Origin: an uncultured Gammaproteobacteria bacterium
Lineage (GTDB): Bacteria > Pseudomonadota > Gammaproteobacteria > DRLM01
Direction of reading: 5' to 3'
Assembly: GCA_963729605.1 (NCBI GenBank)
Contig: CAVSNY010000003.1
Span: 224,001-288,000 of the forward strand
Length of the DNA: 64,000 nucleotides
Both the position numbers and the translations under genes were made by a program. Positions 44,477 to 56,065 of this stretch are shown one piece after another; position 1 is the stretch's first letter, and every line of letters begins with the position of its first letter. The notes under the pieces were generated by a model, which worked only from the letters and a program-made list of their open reading frames with translations, ran no database searches and was not told the origin of the DNA.

Positions 44477-45436
44477 TTACCAACCACCACGACCACTACC
44501 GCTGCCGCTGCTACTGGCGCCGCCGCTGCCATTTGCCGGCATGGCAGGTGCCGTTCCAAACGGCGGGTTCACCCAAGTGAAGGGCGCGGGATTGGATTCG
44601 GATTGGTTACCGATGGGGGCGATCGTGTCGCTCAGGTTGTCATAATTCTGCCAACTCAGATTGCCACCTGATGCATCGCCTTCGAAGTCGACCCGCTGTC
44701 CGACCCAGACTACCTGGATAACGTCTCCGGCCTTCCAAGTCATTTTCTTGTTGCCGGGCAAGGTAGCCGTGCCGGCCGCCTTAAGCATATCGCCACCGAC
44801 CCGGCGCATTACGAACATTTGATCATCCACCTGTTTGGTGGTGACGGGTTCACTGAAATAAGAACTTAATTCAATCAAGGTGCCGGTTTGTAAACCGTTG
44901 TTGTCGTTGTTACCGGCGATATGGGTTGTATCATTGAATTTTTGCCCGGCACTGGTCGATTCAGTGATTTTTTGAACGATGTCGATGCTTGGCGTGCCTG
45001 GCGTGGCGGCCCAGCCTCGGTTGATTTGAACCGCTGAGTCAAAAATTCGGGTTTGCGCGGTGGTGATGCTTTCACTATGCAGCATCTGTTTGTCGGAAAT
45101 TCCGAAGGAGCTTGGCGCGGTGGTTGTGCCCATTTTGATGAAATTTTCATCCGAAAACGGCAAACCGGTGGCGGGGACGCCCGTTGATGTTGAACCTGTG
45201 ACGATGGTTTGGACGAAGGCTTGGCCGCTTAAGGGATCTTCGACGCGCCGCTGTAAAAAGCCCGGTCCGCTGCTGAGTTCGGAACATTGAAAACCGGTTC
45301 CGCATGTCGCGGCAACCCCGCCATTGCTGACAGACCACTGATCAAACGGTGTGGGCGCACCACCAAAGGCGGATGATGCACATAAAGCTGCCAAGCCCAC
45401 TGGCACCAGCCCAGAGAAATGCAATCGCCAAGTCAT
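44477..45436 (-). CDS. Secreted protein with C-terminal GSGRGGW tail (GW-tail family member 3)
   Basis: Signal peptide ending AFG; shares PF..WSV.NG...ATC, QIN.GWAA, MFVMR.V.GDML, YDN.SD and PFTWV..PFG with member 2. Confidence 0.85.
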   Translation of the reverse strand: MTWRLHFSGLVPVGLAALCASSAFGGAPTPFDQWSVSNGGVAATCGTGFQCSELSSGPGFLQRRVEDPLSGQAFVQTIVTGSTSTGVPATGLPFSDENFIKMGTTTAPSSFGISDKQMLHSESITTAQTRIFDSAVQINRGWAATPGTPSIDIVQKITESTSAGQKFNDTTHIAGNNDNNGLQTGTLIELSSYFSEPVTTKQVDDQMFVMRRVGGDMLKAAGTATLPGNKKMTWKAGDVIQVVWVGQRVDFEGDASGGNLSWQNYDNLSDTIAPIGNQSESNPAPFTWVNPPFGTAPAMPANGSGGASSSGSGSGRGGW

Positions 45437-45649
45437 GTTTACCCCCTTAGCTGGCTTCTAAGCTTATAAATGCATTTGATGATGCTCAGGCCAGTTTTAA
45501 TTTTCTAATAACTGCGACGAAACTATCATAATCGGATGGTCATTGCAATTGGGTAGAGCGGGGGGTGCTTCCAATCGCCTTTAATAATAATATGAAACAA
45601 CGATGTAATTTAGCCTATTTTGGTATTTAAAAATCTTACGGATTAAGGG

Positions 45650-46027
45650 GTGTGTGTGGTTATCACGGGTGTGGTGCATGCTGGGGTCTTGGTGGCGGAT
45701 ATAACCCGTTCCTTGGGGTTTTATCATGATGTGTTGGGCATGCATTTGGACAATAGCCGCCCCAATTTAGGTTATCCAGGCGCATGGTTGCGGGCCGGTC
45801 GGCAACAGATTCATTTAATGGAGTTGCCTAATCCGGATCCTGTGGTAGGTCGTCCGCTTCACGGTGGGCGCGATCGGCATATCGCTTTGACCGTGAACGA
45901 TGTCGAGGCGCTGCGTCGTCGTTTAGCGGCGGCGGACATTCCTTGCACTTTGAGTAAATCGGGAAGGAAAGCCGTATTCTGCCGTGACCCGGACGGCAAT
46001 GCCTTGGAGTTTGTTGAGCAGGACTAA
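45650..46027 (+). CDS. VOC/glyoxalase family protein
   Basis: HAGVLV..FY..VLG, YPGAWL, QIHLMEL, HGGRDRH, FCRDPDGNALE. Confidence 0.9.
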   Translation: MCVVITGVVHAGVLVADITRSLGFYHDVLGMHLDNSRPNLGYPGAWLRAGRQQIHLMELPNPDPVVGRPLHGGRDRHIALTVNDVEALRRRLAAADIPCTLSKSGRKAVFCRDPDGNALEFVEQD

Positions 46028-47184
46028 TTGTTGGTGAGTAAGCGCAGGGCCTTGTCTTGTACCCGTAACAGCATGGTGCCGTCCAGTACCGAGAGCAAGG
46101 TTTCGCCTACCATTTGTCTGCGCCAGCCATGCAGTACCGAGGCGGATGTATCACCTAGCACCAGTTGTTCCACGTGTTTGCGGCTGGCGATGACACTAGG
46201 ATGTATGCAGTGTTCGGTGCTCAGTTTGCGGATGACGGCCAGCAATATATCCACCACGACTTCTTGCTCCTCGGTCAGCGGTACGGTTTGATGGGTGTCC
46301 GGCACTGGAATGGGCGGGTGATTTTGCGCCTCGGCGATGATCCGCAGAATGGATTCTCCGTGCCGTGCCGCGCTTTGTTCGTGTAATCCGCGTAATTGCG
46401 CCAACTCGATTTTATTTTTGGGTTGCAGGCGGGCGAGATCGAGCAGGTTCTCATCGCGCAAGATCCAACTGCGGGGGCGATCCTGTTGTTGCGCGGTTTC
46501 TTCTCGCCATTTCGCCAAATTCTGGGCCACGGCCAATTGGCGGCCCCGTAGGCGCTGGAGCCCTTTTACACGCAGCCAGGCATCCGCGGGTGGATTGGCG
46601 TAAAGCGAGGGCTCGCTGAGTTCCGCAAAATCGTTATCCAACCACTGCAAACGGCCTTTGTCGGCCAAACTGTCGCGGAGGCGGGGATAGAGCGCGGCCA
46701 GATAACGCACGTCATCGGCGGCATAGTCGAGTTCCGCCCGGGAGAGCGGCCGGTGCGACCAGTCGGCCCGGGTATGCGCCTTGTTCAGCAGTACACCCAG
46801 CATCGACTCCACCAGCGCCGCATAACCCATCTGTTCTTTTAAACCCAATAGCGGAGCCGCCAATTGGGTATCAAATACCGGCCGAGGTAATTCGCCGCGC
46901 AAATGGTAAAACATTTCCATATCCTGTCGCGCCGCATGCATGACCTTGGTAACCGAGGGGTTGTAGAGGGTCGCCAATAAAGGGCCGAGATCGGTTATGG
47001 CGAGGGGATCGATACAAGCCACGGACTGCTCCGTGGCGATTTGTACCAGGCATAGTTGTGGATAAAAGGTTTTCTCGCGGACGAATTCCGTATCCAGTGC
47101 TATCCAGCGAGCATTTTGAATCTGCTCGAAAAATTCGGCCAAGGCGGACGTAGTATTAATATAAGTATATGGCGTGGTATTCAT
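46024..47184 (-). CDS. rnd: Ribonuclease D
   Basis: ALDTEFVREKTFYPQLCLVQ, HAARQD, FDTQLAA, DWSHRPL..YAADDV, HRDC region. Confidence 0.95.
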   Translation of the reverse strand: MNTTPYTYINTTSALAEFFEQIQNARWIALDTEFVREKTFYPQLCLVQIATEQSVACIDPLAITDLGPLLATLYNPSVTKVMHAARQDMEMFYHLRGELPRPVFDTQLAAPLLGLKEQMGYAALVESMLGVLLNKAHTRADWSHRPLSRAELDYAADDVRYLAALYPRLRDSLADKGRLQWLDNDFAELSEPSLYANPPADAWLRVKGLQRLRGRQLAVAQNLAKWREETAQQQDRPRSWILRDENLLDLARLQPKNKIELAQLRGLHEQSAARHGESILRIIAEAQNHPPIPVPDTHQTVPLTEEQEVVVDILLAVIRKLSTEHCIHPSVIASRKHVEQLVLGDTSASVLHGWRRQMVGETLLSVLDGTMLLRVQDKALRLLTNN

Positions 47185-47350
47185 GGGGCATCAGCATAAC
47201 AGCGCATCCGCTCACTACCAAGGTCGTCCCCGTAAATTTAAAGCCCGTTTGCAATGGGCTCTACAAGGTGGCTGAGGTGGTGGCTTAGAGAGTATTGGCC
47301 ATCATAAAAAGTGTGTGCCAATCACATTAGGCCGAATAATTTCCAGGGCC

Positions 47351-47441
47351 AAAAAAAAGCCCCAACGGTCGGTTGGGGCTCAGTGGGTGGCTCAGGTGAC
47401 GGCGGGGGGTTGGGGGGGATGAGGTGCCGCCACCTTAGTCA
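47351..47441 (-). ncRNA. Putative sigma28-dependent small RNA (about 90 nt) with C-rich loop
   Basis: Sigma28 promoter upstream; stem GGTGGCGGC/GCCGTCACC enclosing a C-rich loop; terminator AGCCCCAAC/GTTGGGGCT plus T run at 47351-47380. Confidence 0.6.
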
Positions 47442-47447
47442 AATAAC

Positions 47448-47474
47448 TTATCGGTCCGATTTGAGCCGACTTTA
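47448..47474 (-). promoter_or_regulatory. Sigma28 (FliA)-type promoter
   Basis: Minus strand TAAA-GTCGGCTCAAATCGG (15 nt)-ACCGATAA. Confidence 0.7.
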
Positions 47475-47499
47475 GGGGTAATTAAAAATATTTTTCAGG

Positions 47500-47704
47500 C
47501 GACGAGCCAAGGAGAGCGAAGCGAGGGGGAGGAGCCCGCGGTAGCCGCGATGCGGCGTCAGCCAGCGTGGTAGCCATGACGCGCTGCGTAGTAGCGTGTC
47601 GTGGCGTTTGCCTGGCGTCCGGGGCGAAAGGAATCAACGTCGCGAGACCGAGGTCGATTCGCACACGGAGGTGCGAATCGTTTCCTGAGGGCCGCGACAC
47701 ATCG
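47500..47704 (-). mobile_element. Unclassified 205-bp repeated insertion element, copy 1 (inverted relative to copy 2)
   Basis: Near-identical reverse complement of 63260-63491, lacking a 27-nt segment. Confidence 0.8.
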
Positions 47705-47714
47705 GAAGGCCTTA

Positions 47715-47945
47715 GGCTCTGTTGACATTTTGCCAGTCCGGGTGGGATATAGGCGGAATTTTGAAGGACGCGATGAACAGATCAGTACTTACGGATAAGC
47801 AGTGGGAAATAATACGGGGTTATCTGCGCAATCATCCGCGCGTCTATGTTGGAAATGAAGAGCAGTGTCGGCAGTTTTTGGACGCGGTATTGTGGATACT
47901 CAGAAGTGGCGGACAATGGCGGCTCTTACCCAAAGAGAAAGGCGA
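47715..47945 (+). mobile_element. IS5-family remnant (left end plus truncated transposase N-terminus)
   Basis: TA-GGCTCTGTTGACAT end; ATG 47773 MNRSVLTDKQWEII..FLDAVLWILRSGGQWRLLP (DUF4096-like); homology lost after about 47945. Confidence 0.8.
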
Positions 47946-48149
47946 TAGGCATCCTCTTGCCGTCTGTTTCTTCGCATCCTCCGGTCCGATTGCCGCAGAT
48001 TGCTATCCGCCAATCAGCACCAGCCGCGTATCAAAAAGTGCTTGCTCATCACCCCCTGAACGCACCGCAGGATGGCGACAAGCAACACAACGAGCAGCCC
48101 TTCAACCTGACCGAGAATCCGCCGATGACCACCGCGATTCACGCGCAGC

Positions 48150-49641
<1,492 letters not shown>

Positions 49642-49744
49642 GGCGAGACCGCCGCCGGCCCCGGTGCCGTGGCCGCGCCGCCTGTCTGCAGAATCACAGG
49701 CAGGCCGGACCGCCCCAGGGTTGAAGCGAACGTCGGTCATGACT

Positions 49745-51418
49745 TCAATCCGTCACCGCGCCGAGACTCGCGCTCGACACCGAGCGCGCGTACTTGGCCA
49801 GCACGCCGCGCGTGTAGCGCGGCGCGGGCGGTTTCCATTGCGCGCGGCGGCGCGCGATTTCTTCGTCGGGCACATTGAGCTGAAGCAGACGCCGTTCCGC
49901 GTCCAGGGTGATGGAGTCGCCTTCCTCGACCAGCGCGATCGTGCCGCCCACCGCGGCTTCCGGCGCGACGTGGCCGACCACCATGCCGTAGCTGCCGCCG
50001 GAGAAGCGCCCGTCGGTGACGAGACCCACCGAGTCGCCCAGACCCTGGCCGACGAGGGCGGCGGTGGGCGAGAGCATCTCGCGCATGCCGGGACCGCCCC
50101 TGGGGCCCTCGTAGCGGATCACCACCACGTCGCCCGCTTCGATCTCGCGTGCCAGGATCGCCTGCATGCACGCCTCTTCCGAATCGAACACGCGCGCCGG
50201 GCCGGTGATCCGCGGAACCTTCACCCCGCTGGTCTTGGCCAGCGCGCCTTCTTCGGCCAGATTGCCCTTGAGGATCGCCAGATGACCGTGCGGATAAACC
50301 GGCCGGGACCACGGCCGGATAACGTCCTGGGAGGCAGCAGGTTCCTCCGGCACGTCCCGCAGCACCTCGGCGAGGGTCCGCCCGGTCACGGTGAGCGCAT
50401 CGCCGTGCAGCAGGCCGCGGGCGAGCAGCATCTTCATCACCTGCGGGATGCCGCCGGCGCGGTGCAGGTCGGTGGCGACGTAGCGCCCGGACGGCTTCAG
50501 GTCGCACAGCACCGGCACCCGCCGGCTCATGGCGTCGAAATCGTCGAGCGCGAGCGCCACCCCGGCGGCGTGGGCGATGGCGGGCAAGTGCAGCACGGCG
50601 TTGGTGGAGCCGCCGAGCGCCATCAGCACGGCCAGCGCGTTCTCGAACGCGGCGCGGGTGAGAATGTCGCGCGGCAGGATTTGCCGGCGGATCGCCCCCA
50701 TCAGCGCTTCGGCTGATTGCGCCGCGCTGTCGGCCTTCTCCGCGTCCTCCGCGGCCATGGTCGAGGAATACGGCAGGCTCATACCCATGGCCTCGAACAG
50801 CGAGGCCATGGTGTTGGCGGTGTACATGCCACCGCAGGAGCCGGCGCCCGGACAGGCGCGGCGTTCGATCTCGAGCAGTTCCTGTTCGTCTATTTTATGC
50901 GCGGTGTATTGCCCCACCGCCTCGAAGGCGCTCACGATGGTGAGGTCGCGGTCTTTGTAGCGGCCCGGCTTGATGGTGCCGCCGTACACGAACACGGCCG
51001 GAATATTCAGGCGCGCGATGGCGATCATCGCGCCGGGCATGTTCTTGTCGCAGCCGCCCGTGGCGAGCACGCCGTCCAGACTCTGGCCGTTGCACACGGT
51101 TTCGATGGCATCGGCGATCACCTCGCGCGACACCAGCGAGTATTTCATGCCCTCGGTGCCCATCGCGATGCCGTCCGAGATGGTGATGGTGCCGAAGGTC
51201 TGCGGCATGGCGCCGGCGGCCTTGAGCGCATCACTGGCCGCCTCCACCAGCCTGCGGATTCCGGCGTTGCACGGCGTGATGGTGCTGTGCGCGTCGGCCA
51301 CGCCGACGACGGGTTTGTCGAAATCCCGGTCGCCGAATCCCACGGCGCGCAGCAGGGCGCGGTTGGGCGAGCGCTGCACGCCTTGGGTGACGATCCTGCT
51401 TTTGCGATTGTCGGACAT
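49745..51418 (-). CDS. ilvD: Dihydroxy-acid dehydratase (short type)
   Basis: [65 protein letters not shown]. Confidence 0.95.
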   Translation of the reverse strand: MSDNRKSRIVTQGVQRSPNRALLRAVGFGDRDFDKPVVGVADAHSTITPCNAGIRRLVEAASDALKAAGAMPQTFGTITISDGIAMGTEGMKYSLVSREVIADAIETVCNGQSLDGVLATGGCDKNMPGAMIAIARLNIPAVFVYGGTIKPGRYKDRDLTIVSAFEAVGQYTAHKIDEQELLEIERRACPGAGSCGGMYTANTMASLFEAMGMSLPYSSTMAAEDAEKADSAAQSAEALMGAIRRQILPRDILTRAAFENALAVLMALGGSTNAVLHLPAIAHAAGVALALDDFDAMSRRVPVLCDLKPSGRYVATDLHRAGGIPQVMKMLLARGLLHGDALTVTGRTLAEVLRDVPEEPAASQDVIRPWSRPVYPHGHLAILKGNLAEEGALAKTSGVKVPRITGPARVFDSEEACMQAILAREIEAGDVVVIRYEGPRGGPGMREMLSPTAALVGQGLGDSVGLVTDGRFSGGSYGMVVGHVAPEAAVGGTIALVEEGDSITLDAERRLLQLNVPDEEIARRRAQWKPPAPRYTRGVLAKYARSVSSASLGAVTD

Positions 51419-51537
51419 GATGATCTACCCTCGCGTGGAATCTGAGTGGCCGCTGCAATGCCGTAGCCCTGTAGCTGAATGCCCGCGCCTGGCGCGGGCC
51501 TCGCGGACGGGATTTTGCACGCGCGGACTGCATGCAT

Positions 51538-52575
51538 TCATTCGACGAGCCTCCACGCCACCGTGCCTCCGGCGCGCAGCGGCACCAGGGCATCCCCGCC
51601 GAGGTCGATCTCCGGCGGGACCCGCCAGGCCTGCTTCACCAGCGTGACGGTGTCGCGGTTGCGCGGCAGGCCGTAGAAATCCGGCCCGTGAAAACTGGCG
51701 AACGCCTCCAGTTTGTCGAGCGCGCTCGCCTGCTCGAACACCTCGGCATAGAGTTCGATGCCCGCGTGCGCGGTGTAGAGGCCGGCACAGCCGCAGGCCG
51801 ACTCCTTGGCGCGCCGCGCGTGCGGGGCGCTGTCGGTGCCGAGGAAGAATTTGGGGTTGCCGCCGGTCGCGGCGGCGACGAGCGCCCGGCGGTGCGCCTC
51901 GCGCTTCAACACCGGCAGGCAGTAGGCGTGCGGGCGAATACCGCCGATGAACATGGCGTTGCGGTTGAGCAGCAGATGGTGCGCGGTGATGGTGGCGGCT
52001 ACGTTCGGGCCGGTGCGCTCGACGAACTCCACCGCCTCGCGCGTGGTGATGTGTTCCAGCACCACCTTGAGGCGCGGGAAACGCTCAACGATGGGAATCA
52101 GATGCCGTTCGATGAACACCCGCTCGCGGTCGAAGACGTCCACGTCCGCATCGGTCACCTCGCCGTGCAGGAGCAGCGGCAGGCCCACTTCCTCCATGAC
52201 GGCGAACACCGCCTCGCAGCGCGCGAAGTCGCTGACGCCGAATGCGGAATTCGTCGTTGCGCCCGCGAGAAAGGCCTCGCCCACGCCGTATACGATGCCA
52301 CTGGCTTTGGCGCGCACGATCTCTTCGGGCGAAGTATGGTCGGTGAGATACAGCGTCATCAGCGGTTCGAAGCACATCTCCGCCGGCAGCGCCGCCAGGA
52401 TGCGGTCGCGGTAGGCGCGCGCCTCGTCCACCGTGCGCACCGGCGGATCGAGGTTGGGCATGACCATGGCGCGGGCGAAGCGCCGCGCCGTGTCGGGGAG
52501 CACGGCGGCGAGCATTTCGCCATCGCGCAAGTGCAGGTGCCAGTCGTCGGGGCGGGTGAGAGTCAGGGGTGTCAT
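51538..52575 (-). CDS. pyrC: Dihydroorotase (E. coli-type) with altered bridging-Lys motif
   Basis: [42 protein letters not shown]; usual KLYP replaced by GEAFL before AGATTNS. Confidence 0.9.
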   Translation of the reverse strand: MTPLTLTRPDDWHLHLRDGEMLAAVLPDTARRFARAMVMPNLDPPVRTVDEARAYRDRILAALPAEMCFEPLMTLYLTDHTSPEEIVRAKASGIVYGVGEAFLAGATTNSAFGVSDFARCEAVFAVMEEVGLPLLLHGEVTDADVDVFDRERVFIERHLIPIVERFPRLKVVLEHITTREAVEFVERTGPNVAATITAHHLLLNRNAMFIGGIRPHAYCLPVLKREAHRRALVAAATGGNPKFFLGTDSAPHARRAKESACGCAGLYTAHAGIELYAEVFEQASALDKLEAFASFHGPDFYGLPRNRDTVTLVKQAWRVPPEIDLGGDALVPLRAGGTVAWRLVE

Positions 52576-52577
52576 GG

Positions 52578-53444
52578 TCAGGGGTTGCAATAGTCGCAGC
52601 GCCCGGGGTCGGCGTAGCGAGACTCGTTGCGCTCGCGGGTTTCGCGGTGCGCGCACTTGAGACAGCCGTGGATCTCGGCCCGAGTCTCGCGGGTGGGCGC
52701 GCCGCAGTCGGCGCAGGGCAGGCCGGCCACGTGCTCGACGAGCCAGAAGCCCGGCGCGCCGCAGGCCGGACACGGTGACAGCAGTTTCTTCACCAGATCC
52801 TCGGCCGCGAGGCGGATGTTCTCCATGCGCGTGGGATTGGCGTGCGCCCGCAGGTCGGTCTCCAGGAACACCAGGCGGTCCGCCGATTGGGTTTGCGCCC
52901 AGGCGAAGGCGGCTTCCAGGTCTGCCCAGGCGGCGATGCCCTTCTTGATGCGAGGGTCGTTCTCGCCCTCAGGACGCACGACCAGGTGATGCGCGGGAAA
53001 CTCCGTCTGCCGGGCGAAGGCCTCGGCCGCCGCCCACTCCCCGGTCAGCAGGTGCGCGTGGTTCGCCTTGCCCTGCGCGAGGCCCACGATCTCCAGTCCC
53101 TGTTCGTCGTCAATGAAGATCAGGAACTCCACGTTCCAGGGAAACATCCCCACCATCGGGTCCGGGCCGAACGAGCCTTCGCTGGCGAGCCCGATCGGCA
53201 GACCGGCGAGCTCCATGCCGATGCGCGCCTTCCTGCGCGCCGCTTCGAGCTGCGTGCCCGCGCGCGGGATTTCGCGGGTGAAGGTGCCGAGCTGGTCGGT
53301 GTCGTAACCGTCCACGCGCTCGACCCGGCAGCCCAGCGCGGGATCGAGCGCCGAGGCGATCGCGCCTTCCTTGCCGTGCTGGGTGAGCAGCGCGATGCGC
53401 CGGCCGGCGTACGGGGAAGCGGGATATTTCGTCCTCGCGCTCAT
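52578..53444 (-). CDS. DUF6671-like protein with C-terminal Cys clusters
   Basis: [65 protein letters not shown]. Confidence 0.8.
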   Translation of the reverse strand: MSARTKYPASPYAGRRIALLTQHGKEGAIASALDPALGCRVERVDGYDTDQLGTFTREIPRAGTQLEAARRKARIGMELAGLPIGLASEGSFGPDPMVGMFPWNVEFLIFIDDEQGLEIVGLAQGKANHAHLLTGEWAAAEAFARQTEFPAHHLVVRPEGENDPRIKKGIAAWADLEAAFAWAQTQSADRLVFLETDLRAHANPTRMENIRLAAEDLVKKLLSPCPACGAPGFWLVEHVAGLPCADCGAPTRETRAEIHGCLKCAHRETRERNESRYADPGRCDYCNP

Positions 53445-53556
53445 CCAGCCCCCCGCCCGTCATGCGGCGCGAAACCCGCCGCGGCCGGGGCGACCGTGGC
53501 CCCCCGATGGCGCGCCCAGGCAAGCGCGCGGCGGTCGATGGCGGAGAAGCTGCGCA

Positions 53557-54516
53557 TCAGCGGCCCCGCACCAGATTCATCACCTGCCCCATGTCCAGGC
53601 TACGCGCCTGCTGCTCGATCTGCGGCAGGTATTGCGCCTGCATCTGCCTGGCCGGACCGAGCAGGTTCTGAAAGGACTCGCGCAAGAGCGCCGTGCTCAT
53701 CACCCGCCCACCGGCGTAATGGCGCTTGGCCACCTGGCCCAGGGCATAGGTCGTGGCGAAGGAAAAGGCCATGCCGGTCGCCGCACTGCCGACCTTGCCG
53801 ACAGTCCTGCCCGCTGCCTTGCCGAGCAGGCCACCCAGGAGTTTGCGGCCGAACTGTTCCAGATATTGCGAAGTCATGCCGACGCCGGCGGCAGCGAGGA
53901 ACTCCTTGATGTGGCCCTGGTCGAGGGCATAGCCGTGGGCCTTGCCGATTCCGTGCACCAGCTTGATCTGCAGGGGAATGATGGCCATCGACGCCCAGGA
54001 TTGCGGCAGCAGTTCCAGGGCGCCGGCGATCAGCGCGTGGTGGTGGATGGACTTGTCCAGATCGGCGTCCGCGACGTTCGGCTGCGCCGCGACGACGGCG
54101 CCCACCGCCCCGGCAGCGCTGGGTGTCGCCGCTTCCGAAAGCCCGACCACGGCGTTGGCTTCGCTCTCGATGCGCTGCGTACTGCCCGCGTCGAGTCCGA
54201 GCCGGCCCTTCAGTCCGGCGAGGAAGGCTCGTTCCGTATCGCTCTCCCGGCCATCGGCGTTGCACACGCACACCGCCATTTCATAGGCCAGCTGGCGCAG
54301 TTCGGGACTGTCGAGGGCGTCGATCGCCTGATCCAGAGTGGCGCGTTTCAGCAGCACGTCCTGGTACAGGCGGGCTAGGTTGGGGGCGCCGGCCTCGCCG
54401 GCGAGGGAATCGGCGATGTCACGAATGGCCTCGCGCTCGCGGTCGTGCTTGGCGCCGTCGGCAAAGGCGGCATGGAGGGCGACGGCGAGAACGGCTTGCT
54501 GCGACGTGGTGTGCAT
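53557..54516 (-). CDS. TerB-like N-domain plus YcjF/DUF697-like protein
   Basis: AAFADG..EREAI, AYEMAVCVCNADG; C-terminal AIIPLQIKLV..IG, FATTYALGQVA. Confidence 0.75.
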   Translation of the reverse strand: MHTTSQQAVLAVALHAAFADGAKHDREREAIRDIADSLAGEAGAPNLARLYQDVLLKRATLDQAIDALDSPELRQLAYEMAVCVCNADGRESDTERAFLAGLKGRLGLDAGSTQRIESEANAVVGLSEAATPSAAGAVGAVVAAQPNVADADLDKSIHHHALIAGALELLPQSWASMAIIPLQIKLVHGIGKAHGYALDQGHIKEFLAAAGVGMTSQYLEQFGRKLLGGLLGKAAGRTVGKVGSAATGMAFSFATTYALGQVAKRHYAGGRVMSTALLRESFQNLLGPARQMQAQYLPQIEQQARSLDMGQVMNLVRGR

Positions 54517-54543
54517 GTGGTGTCTTCGAGGTGGATGAAAGGT

Positions 54544-54945
54544 TCAGCGGGCGAGTGGGGTCGCAAGGTGCGACCATACGTCCAGCAGATTCGCTGCGAG
54601 CACGATCCACCAGGCCAGGATGGCGACGCCGGTGGCGGCGGCCGCAATGTCCTTGATGATGCGGATCTTCTCGTCGTGGCGCGTCTCGACGAAGTCGCAC
54701 AACGCCTCGATCGCGGTATTGAAGAGCTCTGCCGCCAGCACCACGCCGGTGGCCAGCAGGATGATGGCGGCATCCACCCAGGCGTGCAGCCAGAGCGCCA
54801 GACCCAGCACCAGCAGGGACAACACGGCCTTGTACAGCACGCTGAAGTCATTCAGCACCGCGTAGCGCAGGCCGGCGCTGATCACGGCCAGCTTGCGCAG
54901 CGGGTGATAGCCGGGCTCGCCGGTGCCGAGGAACTTGTTTCTCAT
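54544..54945 (-). CDS. dgkA: Diacylglycerol kinase (prokaryotic DgkA family)
   Basis: AELFNTAIEALCD and KIRIIKDIAAAA; three TM segments. Confidence 0.85.
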   Translation of the reverse strand: MRNKFLGTGEPGYHPLRKLAVISAGLRYAVLNDFSVLYKAVLSLLVLGLALWLHAWVDAAIILLATGVVLAAELFNTAIEALCDFVETRHDEKIRIIKDIAAAATGVAILAWWIVLAANLLDVWSHLATPLAR

Positions 54946-54951
54946 GTCGCT

Positions 54952-56043
54952 TCAGCTCCCCTCGCGCGGCAGGGCCACGCGCTGGCGCAGCCACAGCACG
55001 GCCAGCGTCACGACGGTGATCGGCAGCACGAAACCGAGCACCGCGGCGGAGAACTGCGGCAATGCCGCGTGCTGGGTCGCAGCCAGGATCAGGAAGGTCA
55101 CATACGCCGCATAGTAGGCGACGAACAGCGCGCCTTCCCAGCGCGCAATCAGGTGGCCGGTGGCGAAAATCGGCAGGCAGGCGAAGGCCACCGCGATCAT
55201 CACCAGCAGGTCGAAGCGCACCAGCGCCGGCGCGATCTCGAGACCGCCAGGCGTGACCAGCGCTGCGATGCCGCCGATGCCAAGGAGGTTGAACAGATTG
55301 CTGCCGATCACGTTGCCCACCGCGATGTCACGCTCGCCGCGCAGCGCGGCCACGATCGAGGTGGCGACCTCGGGCAGGCTGGTGCCGACGGCGACAATGG
55401 TCAGGCCGATCACCACCTCGCTCACGCCCAGCACGCGCGCGATGGCCACCGCGCTGTCGACCAGCCAGGTGGCGCCCAGCACGAGCAGCGCCAGTCCGCC
55501 GGCGATCAGCGCCAACTGCACCGGCAGGCGACCAAGCCAGCCGTTGGCGGCGCCGAATTCCTGCGCGTACTCGGCCTGGATCTCCGGACTCTCCCGGCGC
55601 CCCTGACGGATGGCGAAGACCGTATAGCCCACGATGCCGGCGACCAGCAGCAGGCCGTCGAAGCGGCCGATGCGACCGTCCAGCGCCATGATCCAGAACA
55701 GCACTGACACGCCGACCATCAGCGGCACGTCGAGCCGCACGAGCTGCTGCGACACCGCCAGCGGCAGGATCAGCGCCGCTGCGCCGAGTATGAACAGCAC
55801 GTTGAAGATATTGCTGCCAACGATGTTGCCGGCGGCGATGTCGGCCTGGCCCGCCAGCCCGGCCTGCACGCTGACCGCCAGTTCCGGCGAACTGGTGCCG
55901 AATGCGACCACGGTCAGGCCCACGACCAGCGGCGTGATGCCGAAGCGCAGCGCCAGCCGCGAGGCGCCGCGCACGAGCAGTTCGGCGCCGGCGATCAGCA
56001 GCGCCATGCCAAGGGCGAGATAGACCAGGTCACTGATACTCAT
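54952..56043 (-). CDS. Calcium/sodium antiporter (YrbG-like)
   Basis: Two alpha repeats: GTSSPELAVS..GNIVGSNIFN and GTSLPEVATS..GNVIGSNLFN. Confidence 0.93.
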   Translation of the reverse strand: MSISDLVYLALGMALLIAGAELLVRGASRLALRFGITPLVVGLTVVAFGTSSPELAVSVQAGLAGQADIAAGNIVGSNIFNVLFILGAAALILPLAVSQQLVRLDVPLMVGVSVLFWIMALDGRIGRFDGLLLVAGIVGYTVFAIRQGRRESPEIQAEYAQEFGAANGWLGRLPVQLALIAGGLALLVLGATWLVDSAVAIARVLGVSEVVIGLTIVAVGTSLPEVATSIVAALRGERDIAVGNVIGSNLFNLLGIGGIAALVTPGGLEIAPALVRFDLLVMIAVAFACLPIFATGHLIARWEGALFVAYYAAYVTFLILAATQHAALPQFSAAVLGFVLPITVVTLAVLWLRQRVALPREGS

Positions 56044-56065
56044 TGTCGGCTCCGGATGCGGCGTG

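Noticed and set aside
47671-47704. Group II intron 5' end (GTGCG...)
   Set aside because: No domain V/VI consensus, no reverse transcriptase, and the GTGCG is an internal hairpin arm of the repeat
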